In this document: piece after piece, positions 1 through 8,372 of the stretch | Numbering within the stretch: position 1 is the first letter of the stretch | Layout: each line of letters starts with the position of its first letter | Virus record (IMG/VR): IMGVR_UViG_3300002461_000132 | Coordinates: 1-64,000 of that record | DNA: 64,000 bases | From: a virus | Strand: one strand, 5' to 3' | Program-made: the position numbers and the translations under genes | Notes under the pieces: model-generated | What the model saw: the letters and a program-made list of their open reading frames with translations, nothing else | Told to the model about the DNA's origin: nothing | Database searches by the model: none

Positions 1-2
1 TG

Positions 3-941
3 TACTGGCAAGCGAACAACGCGACGCTGACGCAGAAACTCGAGGACGCGACCGGGCGACTGCGCGGCGCGGCCGCGACGATCGCAGCCGGCACCGGGGG
101 CATTCGGTTGCAGAACGTCACCGCGACGGCGACGGCAACGATCCGGCTGATCGTGTACGTGCGAAAGACGAGCGCCGGCGGATCGAACGTCAACGTGATC
201 TTGCGCAACAGCTTCGGCGTCGTGAAGCAGACCGTAGCGATCGGCGCGCTTCAATCCACGTGGAAGCGATACACGATCGATTTCAACGCGTGGGACGGAT
301 CGACGGCGACGTGTCAGTTTTCTTTCGAGGTCACCGGCGCGCAAGGCTTCGCGATCTCGCACGTGCTGTTCGCATACCAGGGCACCGCGGCCGCCGATAC
401 GCCGGCGGTGTGGCACCGCGATGCGGCCGGCGCGATGTCCGCGCACACGACGCATCAACTCGCGGTCAGCATGCCCGTGCAGTTCAACACCGAAGGCGAG
501 ATGATCGTCGAGGGGGTCGGCACGGTCGCGGTACCTGTCGCCGGCGGGGCGCTCGTCTCGAGCAACAACGGCGCGACGAACGCGAACCGGCGCGACCTGT
601 TTGTATCGACGACGTTGCCCTCGCTGAATCACTGGGATTTGACGCCGGCGAACAACACGAGCTCGGGCACCGCCGTCGCGTCGTACTTGGATCCGTGGCA
701 GGTCCGCGGCCGGTGGCGTCGGGCGATGCTCCTCGACAACGCGGCGAACCCGTTCGCCGGCGTCATCTCCGACGACTTCGGCGGGGGTGGCGGGGCGAGC
801 TACGGGCGAACCGCCGTGTGGACACCGAGCGCCGTTGTCAACGGAAAGGCCGAGCTCGGGATCGCGGCCGCGATCGCGGTGCCATGGTGCGGGTATCTCC
901 GTCGGGTAAAGCTGCAAGCCTGCGAGGAAAAGCTCGCCTAG
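3..941 (+). CDS. Tail fibre / host-recognition protein, C-terminal part (5' end outside window)
   Basis: The frame is open from base 3 (YWQANNATLTQKLED...) and joins listed ORF 108..941. The sequence is beta-rich (Gly/Thr/Ala) with a jelly-roll carbohydrate-binding-like segment (IRLIVYVRK...WKRYTIDF...CQFSFEV). GC3 is high. Confidence 0.5.
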   Translation, partial: YWQANNATLTQKLEDATGRLRGAAATIAAGTGGIRLQNVTATATATIRLIVYVRKTSAGGSNVNVILRNSFGVVKQTVAIGALQSTWKRYTIDFNAWDGSTATCQFSFEVTGAQGFAISHVLFAYQGTAAADTPAVWHRDAAGAMSAHTTHQLAVSMPVQFNTEGEMIVEGVGTVAVPVAGGALVSSNNGATNANRRDLFVSTTLPSLNHWDLTPANNTSSGTAVASYLDPWQVRGRWRRAMLLDNAANPFAGVISDDFGGGGGASYGRTAVWTPSAVVNGKAELGIAAAIAVPWCGYLRRVKLQACEEKLA

Positions 942-1018
942 CACGAGAATTTCGTGCGGCGCGAGACCTCGCGTATCCTCGGCATGCTGTGACCGACGAA
1001 CCGCGACCGAAGCGCCGC

Positions 1019-1573
1019 ATGCAGACGCAGACCGAACGCGACTTGAACGCGCTCGAGCGGCTGCGTGCGGATCGCCGGCGAGCTCGCGAGGAGCGTGATC
1101 GGAAGTCGCAAGGCGTTCCGATCCTTCGAACCGAGGATCCCGACACCGGCATGACGCCGCGGATCGAACACGATCCGGATCTGCACGCGCTCTACACGAA
1201 GATCGAGCACACGCGCGACGCGCATGCGATCGACGTGCAGCGTCAGGCCGATGCGATTCTGGCCGTCGCCGGCGAGCGGCCGCCCGAAGATCGTTTCGCG
1301 CAACTCGAGAAGACGGCGAAGCGCGTGAAGTTTCTGATCTCGGTGATCGCGGTGCCCGCGATCAGCGCGATGATCCTCGTCGGCAAGTACCTGATGACGA
1401 AGTCGGCCGCCGACGAGCGCGCGCTGATCTTGCGTGAACAGCAAGACGAGCTCGTGAAGAAGCATGAAGCAAAGATCCTCGAGCTCGGCGAGGCGGTGCG
1501 CCGACTCGAGCGTGAGCGTGAACGCCGTCGAGACAACGAGCCGGATCCCCCGGCGAAGAAAGATAACCCGTGA
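1019..1573 (+). CDS. Membrane-anchored coiled-coil protein (possible lysis accessory protein)
   Basis: Only the 3' part of listed ORF 260..1573 looks coding, starting at ATG 1019 (MQTQTERD...). It has one TM helix (VKFLISVIAVPAISAMILVGKYL) followed by a Glu/Arg/Lys coiled-coil tail. A GTGA overlap links it to the next gene. Confidence 0.5.
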   Translation: MQTQTERDLNALERLRADRRRAREERDRKSQGVPILRTEDPDTGMTPRIEHDPDLHALYTKIEHTRDAHAIDVQRQADAILAVAGERPPEDRFAQLEKTAKRVKFLISVIAVPAISAMILVGKYLMTKSAADERALILREQQDELVKKHEAKILELGEAVRRLERERERRRDNEPDPPAKKDNP

Positions 1574-2445
1574 AGAATCTGATCCTCGTACTGACCATCA
1601 TCGCAGCCGGCCTTGGGGGCGCTGTCCTCGTCGAACACGGGGCGATCGCCTACGGCCAATCCCTCGGATCGAGTGACGTCGCGCCGGCGGAAGCGGACGG
1701 CGAAGACGTCGATCCCGTGGCCGAGGTCGGCGAGATCATCGGCTTCGCCCGAAGTGGAAAGGGGCGCCTCGCGTTCGGCACCGCGATCATGCTCCTCGTG
1801 TGGATCCTCCGCACGCAGGTCGGCAAGCGTCACGCGTGGTTCAAGTCGATGACGGGTGGCTATGTGCTCGGCTTCGGTACGGCCGCGCTGTTCTACGTCG
1901 GCGGTGCGCTCCTCGGAGACGTACCGATCACGCTGAATCTCGTGTGCGATGCGATCGTCGCCGGCCTCACGGGCGCCGGCGGATGGGAGACGTTGCGCGA
2001 CATGATCGACAAGATGGGGAAGATCCCGCCGGCGGCGAAAGCCACGGCCGCATCGCTCGTCGTCGCGCTCGTCGGGGTGGTGCTCGTCGTCAACGTCGCC
2101 GGCTGCAAGCACGCCGGCCCGATCGTCGAGGAGGGCGCGCACGTGATCATCGACTGCGCGAAGCAGAACCAAGGCGACATCGGCGCGGTGATCTCCGGGT
2201 TGCGGCCGCTCCTCGACGGTGATCGCCCGGACTGGGGTCGCATGTACGACGACGCGAAGGCGGCCGGTGCATCGATCGGCGGATGCGCGCTCGCCGAGCT
2301 CGTGCAACGCTACCTCGCACCGGCCCCCGGTCGGATGGCACCGGCTCCCGAGCTCGGGCACGCCGCTCGTGACACGCTGGAACGCTTCCGCGCCGCTGTA
2401 GCGAACGGGGCGAGCTTCCGAACGGCAGACGGCACCGAGCTGTGA
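1570..2445 (+). CDS. Multi-pass membrane protein (holin-like candidate)
   Basis: 291 aa with about five hydrophobic helices (LILVLTIIAAGLGGAVLV, FGTAIMLLVWIL, VLGFGTAALFYVGGALLG, LVCDAIVAGLTGAGG, LVVALVGVVLVVNVAG). GTGA overlaps on both sides. Confidence 0.5.
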   Translation: MKNLILVLTIIAAGLGGAVLVEHGAIAYGQSLGSSDVAPAEADGEDVDPVAEVGEIIGFARSGKGRLAFGTAIMLLVWILRTQVGKRHAWFKSMTGGYVLGFGTAALFYVGGALLGDVPITLNLVCDAIVAGLTGAGGWETLRDMIDKMGKIPPAAKATAASLVVALVGVVLVVNVAGCKHAGPIVEEGAHVIIDCAKQNQGDIGAVISGLRPLLDGDRPDWGRMYDDAKAAGASIGGCALAELVQRYLAPAPGRMAPAPELGHAARDTLERFRAAVANGASFRTADGTEL

Positions 2446-3203
2446 ACGGCGTGCTAGGGCGCGTCCCATCGCGCAAGGATCCGCGGACGTTGCGCCTAGC
2501 CAACTACGGGACCAACGGCATGTTGCCCGCGTCGCCGCCGGCGCGGTCGTGGGGCACCGGGCTGACGTTTCCCCTGTACGCGAACGATCGGATCGGGGAC
2601 TGCGCGATCGCGAGCGCCGCACACCTCGGCATCGCGTGGCTTGCGGCGAAGCGGACCGACGGCGCGTTGATCGATCGGGCACCGCTCGACGAGGCGGCCG
2701 TCGTCAGCGCCTATCGCGCGGTGTCGGGCTACAACCCGATGGATCCGTCGACGGACGTCGGTTGTCAGATGATCGACGTGTTGCGCTACTGGCGAAAGCA
2801 CGGCATCGGCGACGACAAGATCACGGCGTTCGCGGCCGTCGATCCGGATCGCCGCGACCACATCGCCGCGTGCGTCAACCTGTTCGGGGGCTGCTACATC
2901 GGCGCGGACCTTCCAACCGCCTCGCAGGATGATCCGGTTTGGCGCGCACCGTCGATCGAGGATCGCGGCCGCCCCGAATGGCGCGCGGGATCGTGGGGTG
3001 GTCACGCGATGGCGATCGTCGGCTACGATCGCGCGTCGGTGCAACTCGTCACGTGGGGTCGCGTGCAGCGCGCTACATGGTCGTGGATCGATGCGTACGT
3101 GTCCGAAGCGTGGGCCGTCGTCGATCCCGTTTGGTCATTCGGCGAGCGCACGCCGGCCGGCTTCGACGTCGGGCGCCTCGCGTTCGACCTGTCGCGCCTC
3201 TAG
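2442..3203 (+). CDS. Papain-fold (C1-like) cysteine peptidase, candidate cell-wall endopeptidase
   Basis: Motifs occur in papain order: [14 protein letters not shown] (Cys), [12 protein letters not shown] (His), [13 protein letters not shown]. It is the last gene of the plus-strand block, after two membrane proteins. Confidence 0.55.
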   Translation: MNGVLGRVPSRKDPRTLRLANYGTNGMLPASPPARSWGTGLTFPLYANDRIGDCAIASAAHLGIAWLAAKRTDGALIDRAPLDEAAVVSAYRAVSGYNPMDPSTDVGCQMIDVLRYWRKHGIGDDKITAFAAVDPDRRDHIAACVNLFGGCYIGADLPTASQDDPVWRAPSIEDRGRPEWRAGSWGGHAMAIVGYDRASVQLVTWGRVQRATWSWIDAYVSEAWAVVDPVWSFGERTPAGFDVGRLAFDLSRL

Positions 3204-3910
3204 TCGTCGTATCCGTCACCGCGATCGCGCGCCTTCGCGCGAGCTCGCACATCCATCTCGACGGCCGCGCGCGCGAGCTCGACGCGTTCGACGTCGGCCT
3301 CGCGAGCTTCGGCGGTGCGCTCGCCGTCGTTCGGATTCGGTACGTTCGCTTTCAACTTGTGCAGGCCGCGGACTTCGACTTGACGAATTCGCTCGCGCGT
3401 CAGGTTCATGATCTCGCCGACCTCCTCGAGCGTGATCCCTCCGCGATCGGCGACGTCGAGCGCGCACGTGTGCTTGAGCTCCCACGGCTCGAGCTCCGGG
3501 AAATTGATCTTGATCGATCCCGTCTCGGGGTTGACGTCGAGATACAGGTGATACGCACACGAGACCCACGGGCACGGCCGATCCTGACCGAGACACTCGC
3601 CGCGCGTTGTCGGGCGAACGTGCAACGCATGCTCGCCGTCGAGATCGATCGGTCGCGCCACGGTCGCGAAGCCGGCGATCTTCGTCAGCGCGGTGTTGCG
3701 ACGCGCCATGCGAACCGAGATCGTGCGCGATCGCGGCCGCGTGCGACGGCGACGCGTGCGACGTTTCACGGCGCGCGGTGCCTCGATCGTCGGCACGATC
3801 GAATCGGTCGCGGCCTCGACGAAAGACGCCGCGACGCCGTCGAGGATCTCGGCCACTTCATCCACCGCGAAGAGATCCGGATCGATGTCACTTCGGGGGC
3901 GCAGATGCAT
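3200..3910 (-). CDS. Sigma-70 region-4-like HTH DNA-binding protein (no region 2 recognised)
   Basis: [38 protein letters not shown] matches the sigma70 region 4 HTH pattern. A Cys/His cluster (CPWVSCAYH) precedes it. Start taken at ATG 3910; GTG 3865 is also possible. Last gene of the minus arm. Confidence 0.6.
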   Translation of the reverse strand: MHLRPRSDIDPDLFAVDEVAEILDGVAASFVEAATDSIVPTIEAPRAVKRRTRRRRTRPRSRTISVRMARRNTALTKIAGFATVARPIDLDGEHALHVRPTTRGECLGQDRPCPWVSCAYHLYLDVNPETGSIKINFPELEPWELKHTCALDVADRGGITLEEVGEIMNLTRERIRQVEVRGLHKLKANVPNPNDGERTAEAREADVERVELARAAVEMDVRARAKARDRGDGYDD

Positions 3911-4205
3911 CCTTCTTCGGCGGGGGCGGCCGCGTCTCGCCTGCAGCCGAGACGTGGTTGCGGTAGCCCGCGACGGCCACGACGAACGTGACGCCGTCAC
4001 CGCCGGGGTTGTCCTCGAGTCGCGCGTTGACGCCGGCGTACGGCTTGTCGAGCGCGCGCAGCGTCTCGATCGCCATCTCCTTCGCCGACTCGAACAACTC
4101 GAGGTGCGCGGGGCTCTCGAGACCTCGCGCCGGATGCACGCCGGCGTCGGCCTCGAGCACCGCGATCACGTCGTCACGTTCACCATTCACATCGATCATG
4201 ATCAT
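3888..4205 (-). CDS. Hypothetical protein (105 aa)
   Basis: [22 protein letters not shown]... The ATG at 4205 forms an ATGA overlap with the methyltransferase stop. The upstream part of listed ORF 3888..4526 is Arg-rich shadow sequence. Confidence 0.6.
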   Translation of the reverse strand: MIMIDVNGERDDVIAVLEADAGVHPARGLESPAHLELFESAKEMAIETLRALDKPYAGVNARLEDNPGGDGVTFVVAVAGYRNHVSAAGETRPPPPKKDASAPPK

Positions 4206-4957
4206 TTTGTTGACGTTGACGCTACCACGGCGTCGATCGCAAGGGTGGTTGAGATCTCTTCCCACGATGCCGACACGACGCCGGTGCCGGGGTACATGTC
4301 CTCGACGGTATCGCCCGGGCGCATCCCGAGGACGCGAAACAGGAACGCGCAGAACGCGATCGGCTTGCGACCGGGCAACGTGCCGCCGTACTTCGCCGGC
4401 GTGGCCGATAGCCAATCCTGCACGCCTCCGCGTGCGGCGCGACCACCGACGACGATCAGGGGCTCCCACATGTTGTGCAGTCCGAACGTCGCCGGTGCGG
4501 GGTTGCCGGGCTTCACCCACGGGCACACGTGCGCCTCGGGTGGCATGATCGAAAGCATCATGCGAAGCGCGCGCTCGCTCGTCGAGACAGCGTATCCGTC
4601 GATCACGCCAGCCGCGCGATCGAGCTCGGCCGTTGCGATCATCGCCGCGTGGTCGACCTCGCCGGCGTAGGTCGACTCACCCTTGTACATCCACGCCTTG
4701 CCAGGGTAGGGCGGATCGTAGTAGCGCAAGCGCAGCGGCCGCCCGTCGAGACCGCTCTCGACGGCGCCATATCGACGACGAACGCGAAACGCGCGCTGTC
4801 GGCAACCCTGCGTGCAGAACCGCATCCCCGGTCGCCACGTCGCGATCGGTTGCTTGCACCACGAACAGACCGGGCCGGCGTCGTCACCGCCGGCGACACG
4901 CGGCGTATCCGCGGCCGCCGGCGACGCCGTCTCACCAGGGAGCGGCGACGCCGTCAT
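4202..4957 (-). CDS. DNA methyltransferase (N6-adenine/N4-cytosine type, beta-class motif order) with N-terminal zinc ribbon
   Basis: Motif IV (RYYDPPYPG) lies upstream of a motif I-like VEDMYPGTGVV. The N terminus carries CSWCKQP...CTQGCRQRAFR. Confidence 0.65.
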   Translation of the reverse strand: MTASPLPGETASPAAADTPRVAGGDDAGPVCSWCKQPIATWRPGMRFCTQGCRQRAFRVRRRYGAVESGLDGRPLRLRYYDPPYPGKAWMYKGESTYAGEVDHAAMIATAELDRAAGVIDGYAVSTSERALRMMLSIMPPEAHVCPWVKPGNPAPATFGLHNMWEPLIVVGGRAARGGVQDWLSATPAKYGGTLPGRKPIAFCAFLFRVLGMRPGDTVEDMYPGTGVVSASWEEISTTLAIDAVVASTSTK

Positions 4958-5112
4958 GGGGTCTCCGTCAACACGCTGTCGAAGGGCACGAAGTTCTCGA
5001 ACGCGAACAGGCGAAGCAGCAACTCGATCCGATCGATCGGCATGTCGTCGGCGAGCTCAATGTCGACACGCCGTTCGCGTTCGACGGACCCCGCGCGCTC
5101 GATTGCGACCAT
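4954..5112 (-). CDS. Small hypothetical protein (52 aa)
   Basis: MVAIERAGSVERERRVDIELADDMPIDRIELLLRLF... The ATG at 5112 lies 9 nt after the upstream stop, and an ATGA overlap links it to the downstream gene. The rest of listed ORF 4954..5343 is Arg-rich. Confidence 0.4.
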   Translation of the reverse strand: MVAIERAGSVERERRVDIELADDMPIDRIELLLRLFAFENFVPFDSVLTETP

Positions 5113-5120
5113 GGTGATCC

Positions 5121-5423
5121 TCACGTCGCGTATCTCGGAAGCACGCCGCGCACCTTGTCGCGCGATCCCAGCGTGCAGTTGCAGACGTTGCAGAGCGCAC
5201 GAAGTCGAACGCCGGCGTGGTACTCGCGCCAATAGAGCGCGACACGTCGCCACGCATTCATCTTGCGGAGGTTCCACGTCCGACCGTCGATGTGATCGAT
5301 CGTCAGGTCGCGCGCGTCGAACACGTTCTCGCAACACGCGCACTTGCCGTCGGGCGACAGCACGTGCACGAGCTCGAGGCGTCGACGCTTCGCGCGCTCG
5401 GTATCGACGGTCGATCGACTCAC
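5121..5423 (-). CDS. HNH endonuclease-like protein
   Basis: CACCENVF...LTIDHIDGRTWN...LCNVCNCTLG fits the HNH pattern. Start set at GTG 5423, which forms a GTGA overlap with the upstream stop. Confidence 0.55.
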   Translation of the reverse strand: MSRSTVDTERAKRRRLELVHVLSPDGKCACCENVFDARDLTIDHIDGRTWNLRKMNAWRRVALYWREYHAGVRLRALCNVCNCTLGSRDKVRGVLPRYAT

Positions 5424-6094
5424 TCGGCCGCCGGCGCTTCTTCCGGTGCTGCGACGGCCGTCAACCCGTGCTCGAGGTAGCCGGCCGCCCATCGCAGCAC
5501 CGCGCTCGCACCGCGGCGCGTCTGCGCTTCCTTGTACGGCAACCACTTCGCGTTGGGGTGCGGGATCGGAACGATCGCGTGATCGTCGTCGATCTTGCTA
5601 CCGACGAACGGCAGCGACGCCGGCAACCCGTACGCGAGCGCGAACGCATCGGCCACGCGTTGCCCGACGAGGACGGTGCGCAACGGGGCCGCGTCGTGCG
5701 TCGACGCGCGACGGCGCGCGAGATCCGCGGCGAGCGCGCGGCCGATGTGCTGCGCGGCCGTGATCATGTCCGACTTCAACCACGGTTCGTGGTACTCGCC
5801 GAACAACGCGATCCGTCGGAAGCGGCCGACGTACGCACCGATCGAACAGCCGACGAGCTCGAGCATCTTGTAGCCTGACGACGACTTCGACGAGCCGGGG
5901 AACAGGGGCGCGCGGCGCGCGCTCATGCTGACTTCGCAGACGAGCAACCCGCGCACCGGACCTTCGATCGCCTCTGGCAAGAGGTGCCGTTCACGACGCC
6001 AGTCGACGAGCTCGAGATCACTCACGTGGTCGACGCGCGTCGCGCCGATCGCCGGCCACGATCCATCCTCGGAGATCTGCGCGGCGAACGTCAC
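5420..6094 (-). CDS. Hypothetical protein with weak uracil-DNA-glycosylase-superfamily resemblance
   Basis: 224 aa, GC3-rich. APLFPGSSKSS and IVPIPHPNAKW loosely recall UDG motifs A and B. The functional call is weak; the CDS itself is well supported by GTGA coupling at both ends. Confidence 0.45.
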   Translation of the reverse strand: MTFAAQISEDGSWPAIGATRVDHVSDLELVDWRRERHLLPEAIEGPVRGLLVCEVSMSARRAPLFPGSSKSSSGYKMLELVGCSIGAYVGRFRRIALFGEYHEPWLKSDMITAAQHIGRALAADLARRRASTHDAAPLRTVLVGQRVADAFALAYGLPASLPFVGSKIDDDHAIVPIPHPNAKWLPYKEAQTRRGASAVLRWAAGYLEHGLTAVAAPEEAPAAE

Positions 6095-6480
6095 GCCGGT
6101 TTCGATCCTTCGACGAGCTCGTGATGCACGAGGAAGATCGCGATCGCGGTGCCGGTGCGCGGATGCCCGACGACAGTCGCGAGCTCGAGGCGCCGGATCA
6201 TGTCGTCCTTCGGGGGCGACTCGACCGGCACCGCGACGTTTTCCGCGACGGCGATCACGTGTTGGTCGTAGCCTTCGACGCGCGGATCGTGCTGCACGCA
6301 GACGCGCGCGAACGTGCCGCCCTTGTCGGCCTTAGTGTTCCGAAGCTGCACGATCTTCGACGTCTCTTGTACGACGTAGCAGCCGACGATCTTTCCGCCC
6401 ATCGGAAACACGACGGTGCCGGTGAACGCGTCGTGCTCGATGTCCGCGATCGGAACGTCGAACGTGGTCACGACAGTCAT
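6091..6480 (-). CDS. Hypothetical protein (129 aa)
   Basis: MTVVTTFDVPIADIEHDAFTGTVVFPMGGK... ATG at 6480. The upstream part of listed ORF 6091..6951 is Arg-rich shadow sequence. Confidence 0.6.
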   Translation of the reverse strand: MTVVTTFDVPIADIEHDAFTGTVVFPMGGKIVGCYVVQETSKIVQLRNTKADKGGTFARVCVQHDPRVEGYDQHVIAVAENVAVPVESPPKDDMIRRLELATVVGHPRTGTAIAIFLVHHELVEGSKPA

Positions 6481-6500
6481 TTTTCCGTCGGGGGCCGGCT

Positions 6501-7478
6501 TCACGTTTGGGGCCACGGGTGGCGCTCCTTTCCGCCGTTCGTCTTGTCCGACTCGGCACCGAAGATCTCGTCGAGCACGTCGTGCATGATGCCCCGCTCG
6601 GGGATGGTAGAGCTCGGCTCGAGGCCGCACGCGCGCGCGCCGATCCACAACGGACCGGGATCGGTGCGTCGCTTCGGATCGACCTGGCAGTGGCCGAGCG
6701 CGCACACGTCGCGCGTCAGACCGTAGCGCCGCACGAGCGCGCTCGCGATCCGCAACGCGCCGAGCTTCTGCGCGTCGGTGTACTTGTGCAGCGCGCGACC
6801 GGGGGCCGTCACGTGCACCTCGTTGCGAGGCGAGCACGCCGGCCGCGCGTCGGGGTTGTCCCACCGGAACGGCCACGACGCCCACACCTTGCCGCCCCCG
6901 TCGACGTAGTCGGGGCCGAGCTTCTTCGCGCGGGCATCCGGTTCGATCCAACGAAGCTCACCGAGGTTGATCACCTCGACGCCGAACGCGAACGCGTTCG
7001 CACCGTAGCCGCGGATCTTGCCGCGTTGCGCGATCGTCAGCGGGACCCACGGTTGCGACTTCATCGCCGGGCGCATGAACAGCAACGTGCTGTCGGATCC
7101 CATGTGCCACGATCCGTGTTTCGCGCTGACCGACTGCGCGATCAGACCATCGCGATCCAACCACGCGTGGCACGATGCAGCGCGGCCGCCGGGCTTCGCG
7201 ATCCGCTCGGCGAGCGACTTCGCCGGCGTGTCGCGCGTGTCGGTCCAGTGCCAACCGATCGCGTCAATGTCGCCGTCGAGGGTCGACAGCGGCGATCGTT
7301 TGTTGGTCAGGATCACGTCGATGCCGTCGCCGTGCATGATGCCCTCGTCGTCGATCTCGATCGGCGCGGGGCCCTCGTGCGCGCGGTGCAGCATCTCGAT
7401 CGCAAGCCGCGTCGTCTCCGCGATCTGCGCGTTGAGCTCGGCGATCTTCTGTTCCGTTGCGGGGTCTCGGGTGGTCAT
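6501..7478 (-). CDS. N-acetylmuramoyl-L-alanine amidase (amidase_2 / PGRP fold)
   Basis: Motifs AIGWHWTDT, CHAWLDRDG, GSWHMG, FGVEVINLG and LGHCQVDPKRRTDPGP in the usual order. The ~60-aa N-terminal region is helical. Confidence 0.7.
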   Translation of the reverse strand: MTTRDPATEQKIAELNAQIAETTRLAIEMLHRAHEGPAPIEIDDEGIMHGDGIDVILTNKRSPLSTLDGDIDAIGWHWTDTRDTPAKSLAERIAKPGGRAASCHAWLDRDGLIAQSVSAKHGSWHMGSDSTLLFMRPAMKSQPWVPLTIAQRGKIRGYGANAFAFGVEVINLGELRWIEPDARAKKLGPDYVDGGGKVWASWPFRWDNPDARPACSPRNEVHVTAPGRALHKYTDAQKLGALRIASALVRRYGLTRDVCALGHCQVDPKRRTDPGPLWIGARACGLEPSSTIPERGIMHDVLDEIFGAESDKTNGGKERHPWPQT

Positions 7479-7487
7479 GGCTGATCC

Positions 7488-8045
7488 CTAGAACGTGTCG
7501 GGTTGGAAGGGAAGCGCGAACGATGCATCGCCGCACACGATCCGGATCTCGGGGAACGTGAACCGCGGGGCCGGCGCGCGGCCGAACCGCTCGCCGAGCT
7601 CGCGCGTCAGATCCGACTTGGTCGCCTTCTCGGCCTCGGGGCGACAGAGCGTGACGTGCGGGACGAACCCGAACGAATCGTCGACGCGCACCCGCCGGTT
7701 CTCGAGCTCGATCATCAACCCGGCACGCAGCGCGAACAGGTCGCGCGAGTTGACGAGCGTGATCAGGGTCGGCGCGTTCTTGCGCCAGAACCAACCGACG
7801 CCGGTGATCTGCGCGGCGATCGGGCCCTTGGTCGCGTTCGCGAGCTCGAGGGCTGCGCTGTAGATCTTCTCGACGCGCGCTTGATCGTTGTCACGGCCGA
7901 GGTGCACGAGCGTGACGTGCGCGTCCTCGGGGAACCATTCGCGCATCGGATGATCTCCGACGACTTCACGCGGCACGAACAACCCGATCCACAGACCGCG
8001 GCCGGCCTTCGCACCTTCGACGAGCTCGTTGTACTTGTCACCCAT
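7488..8045 (-). CDS. 2H phosphoesterase (LigT / cyclic phosphodiesterase family)
   Basis: Two HxT motifs about 90 aa apart (AHVTLVHLG and PHVTLCRP). ATG at 8045 (MGDKYNEL...). Confidence 0.65.
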   Translation of the reverse strand: MGDKYNELVEGAKAGRGLWIGLFVPREVVGDHPMREWFPEDAHVTLVHLGRDNDQARVEKIYSAALELANATKGPIAAQITGVGWFWRKNAPTLITLVNSRDLFALRAGLMIELENRRVRVDDSFGFVPHVTLCRPEAEKATKSDLTRELGERFGRAPAPRFTFPEIRIVCGDASFALPFQPDTF

Positions 8046-8055
8046 TCGATCGCTC

Positions 8056-8325
8056 CTACTTGATCGTCGGCGCAGCGCCGATCTCGCATCCGATGCACAC
8101 GTCTGATCCAGGATGCAGCCGGAAGTGACACACCGGACATCGGCGCTCGATCGGCTCGGACTGGAACCACGCGGCCGCGAGCACGAGAACGCTCGGCCGA
8201 ACCACGCGTGCGCGCGGGATCCGCGCTGATCGATCAACGAGAGATGTCACCGCCTCGATCACCTTGACGAAGATCGATCGAACGATCACGACGGAAGCGA
8301 TCCAGATGAAGATATCTCGCGGCAC
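8056..8325 (-). CDS. Small membrane protein with C-terminal zinc ribbon
   Basis: GTG start. Hydrophobic segments IFIWIASVVIVRSIF and PSVLVLAAAWF, then CPVCHF...CIGCE. A promoter-like element lies immediately upstream. Confidence 0.45.
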   Translation of the reverse strand: MPRDIFIWIASVVIVRSIFVKVIEAVTSLVDRSARIPRARVVRPSVLVLAAAWFQSEPIERRCPVCHFRLHPGSDVCIGCEIGAAPTIK

Positions 8326-8372
8326 GCTTCAACCCTTCTACACGGCGCCGTCAACAGAAGTCAACAGCTAGA
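8326..8372 (-). promoter_or_regulatory. Second-class promoter (TTGACT-18-TAGAAGGG)
   Basis: Minus strand: TTGACT (8364-8359), 18 nt, TAGAAG (8340-8335), 9 nt, GTG 8325. TGTTGAC doublet with a 10-bp period. Confidence 0.4.

Noticed and set aside
260-1018. The 5' two-thirds of listed ORF 260..1573, and similar long N-terminal extensions of ORFs 6091..6951, 7488..8237, 10897..11463, 44984..46966, 47342..49147 and 49605..50741
   Set aside because: The extensions are Arg-rich and overlap the upstream gene in another frame. Internal ATG/GTG starts that give ATGA/GTGA coupling or short gaps were preferred.
1243-2682. Long Arg/Ser/Pro-rich ORFs antisense or out of frame to real genes. Examples: 1243..2682 (-), 32052..33929 (-), 45131..46933 (-), 48056..49798 (-), 54865..56013 (-), 15333..16829 (+), 25142..26977 (+).
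   Set aside because: These are typical shadow ORFs of GC-rich DNA, with extreme Arg/Ala/Pro content and no motifs. They fully overlap genes that have clear motifs and high GC3.
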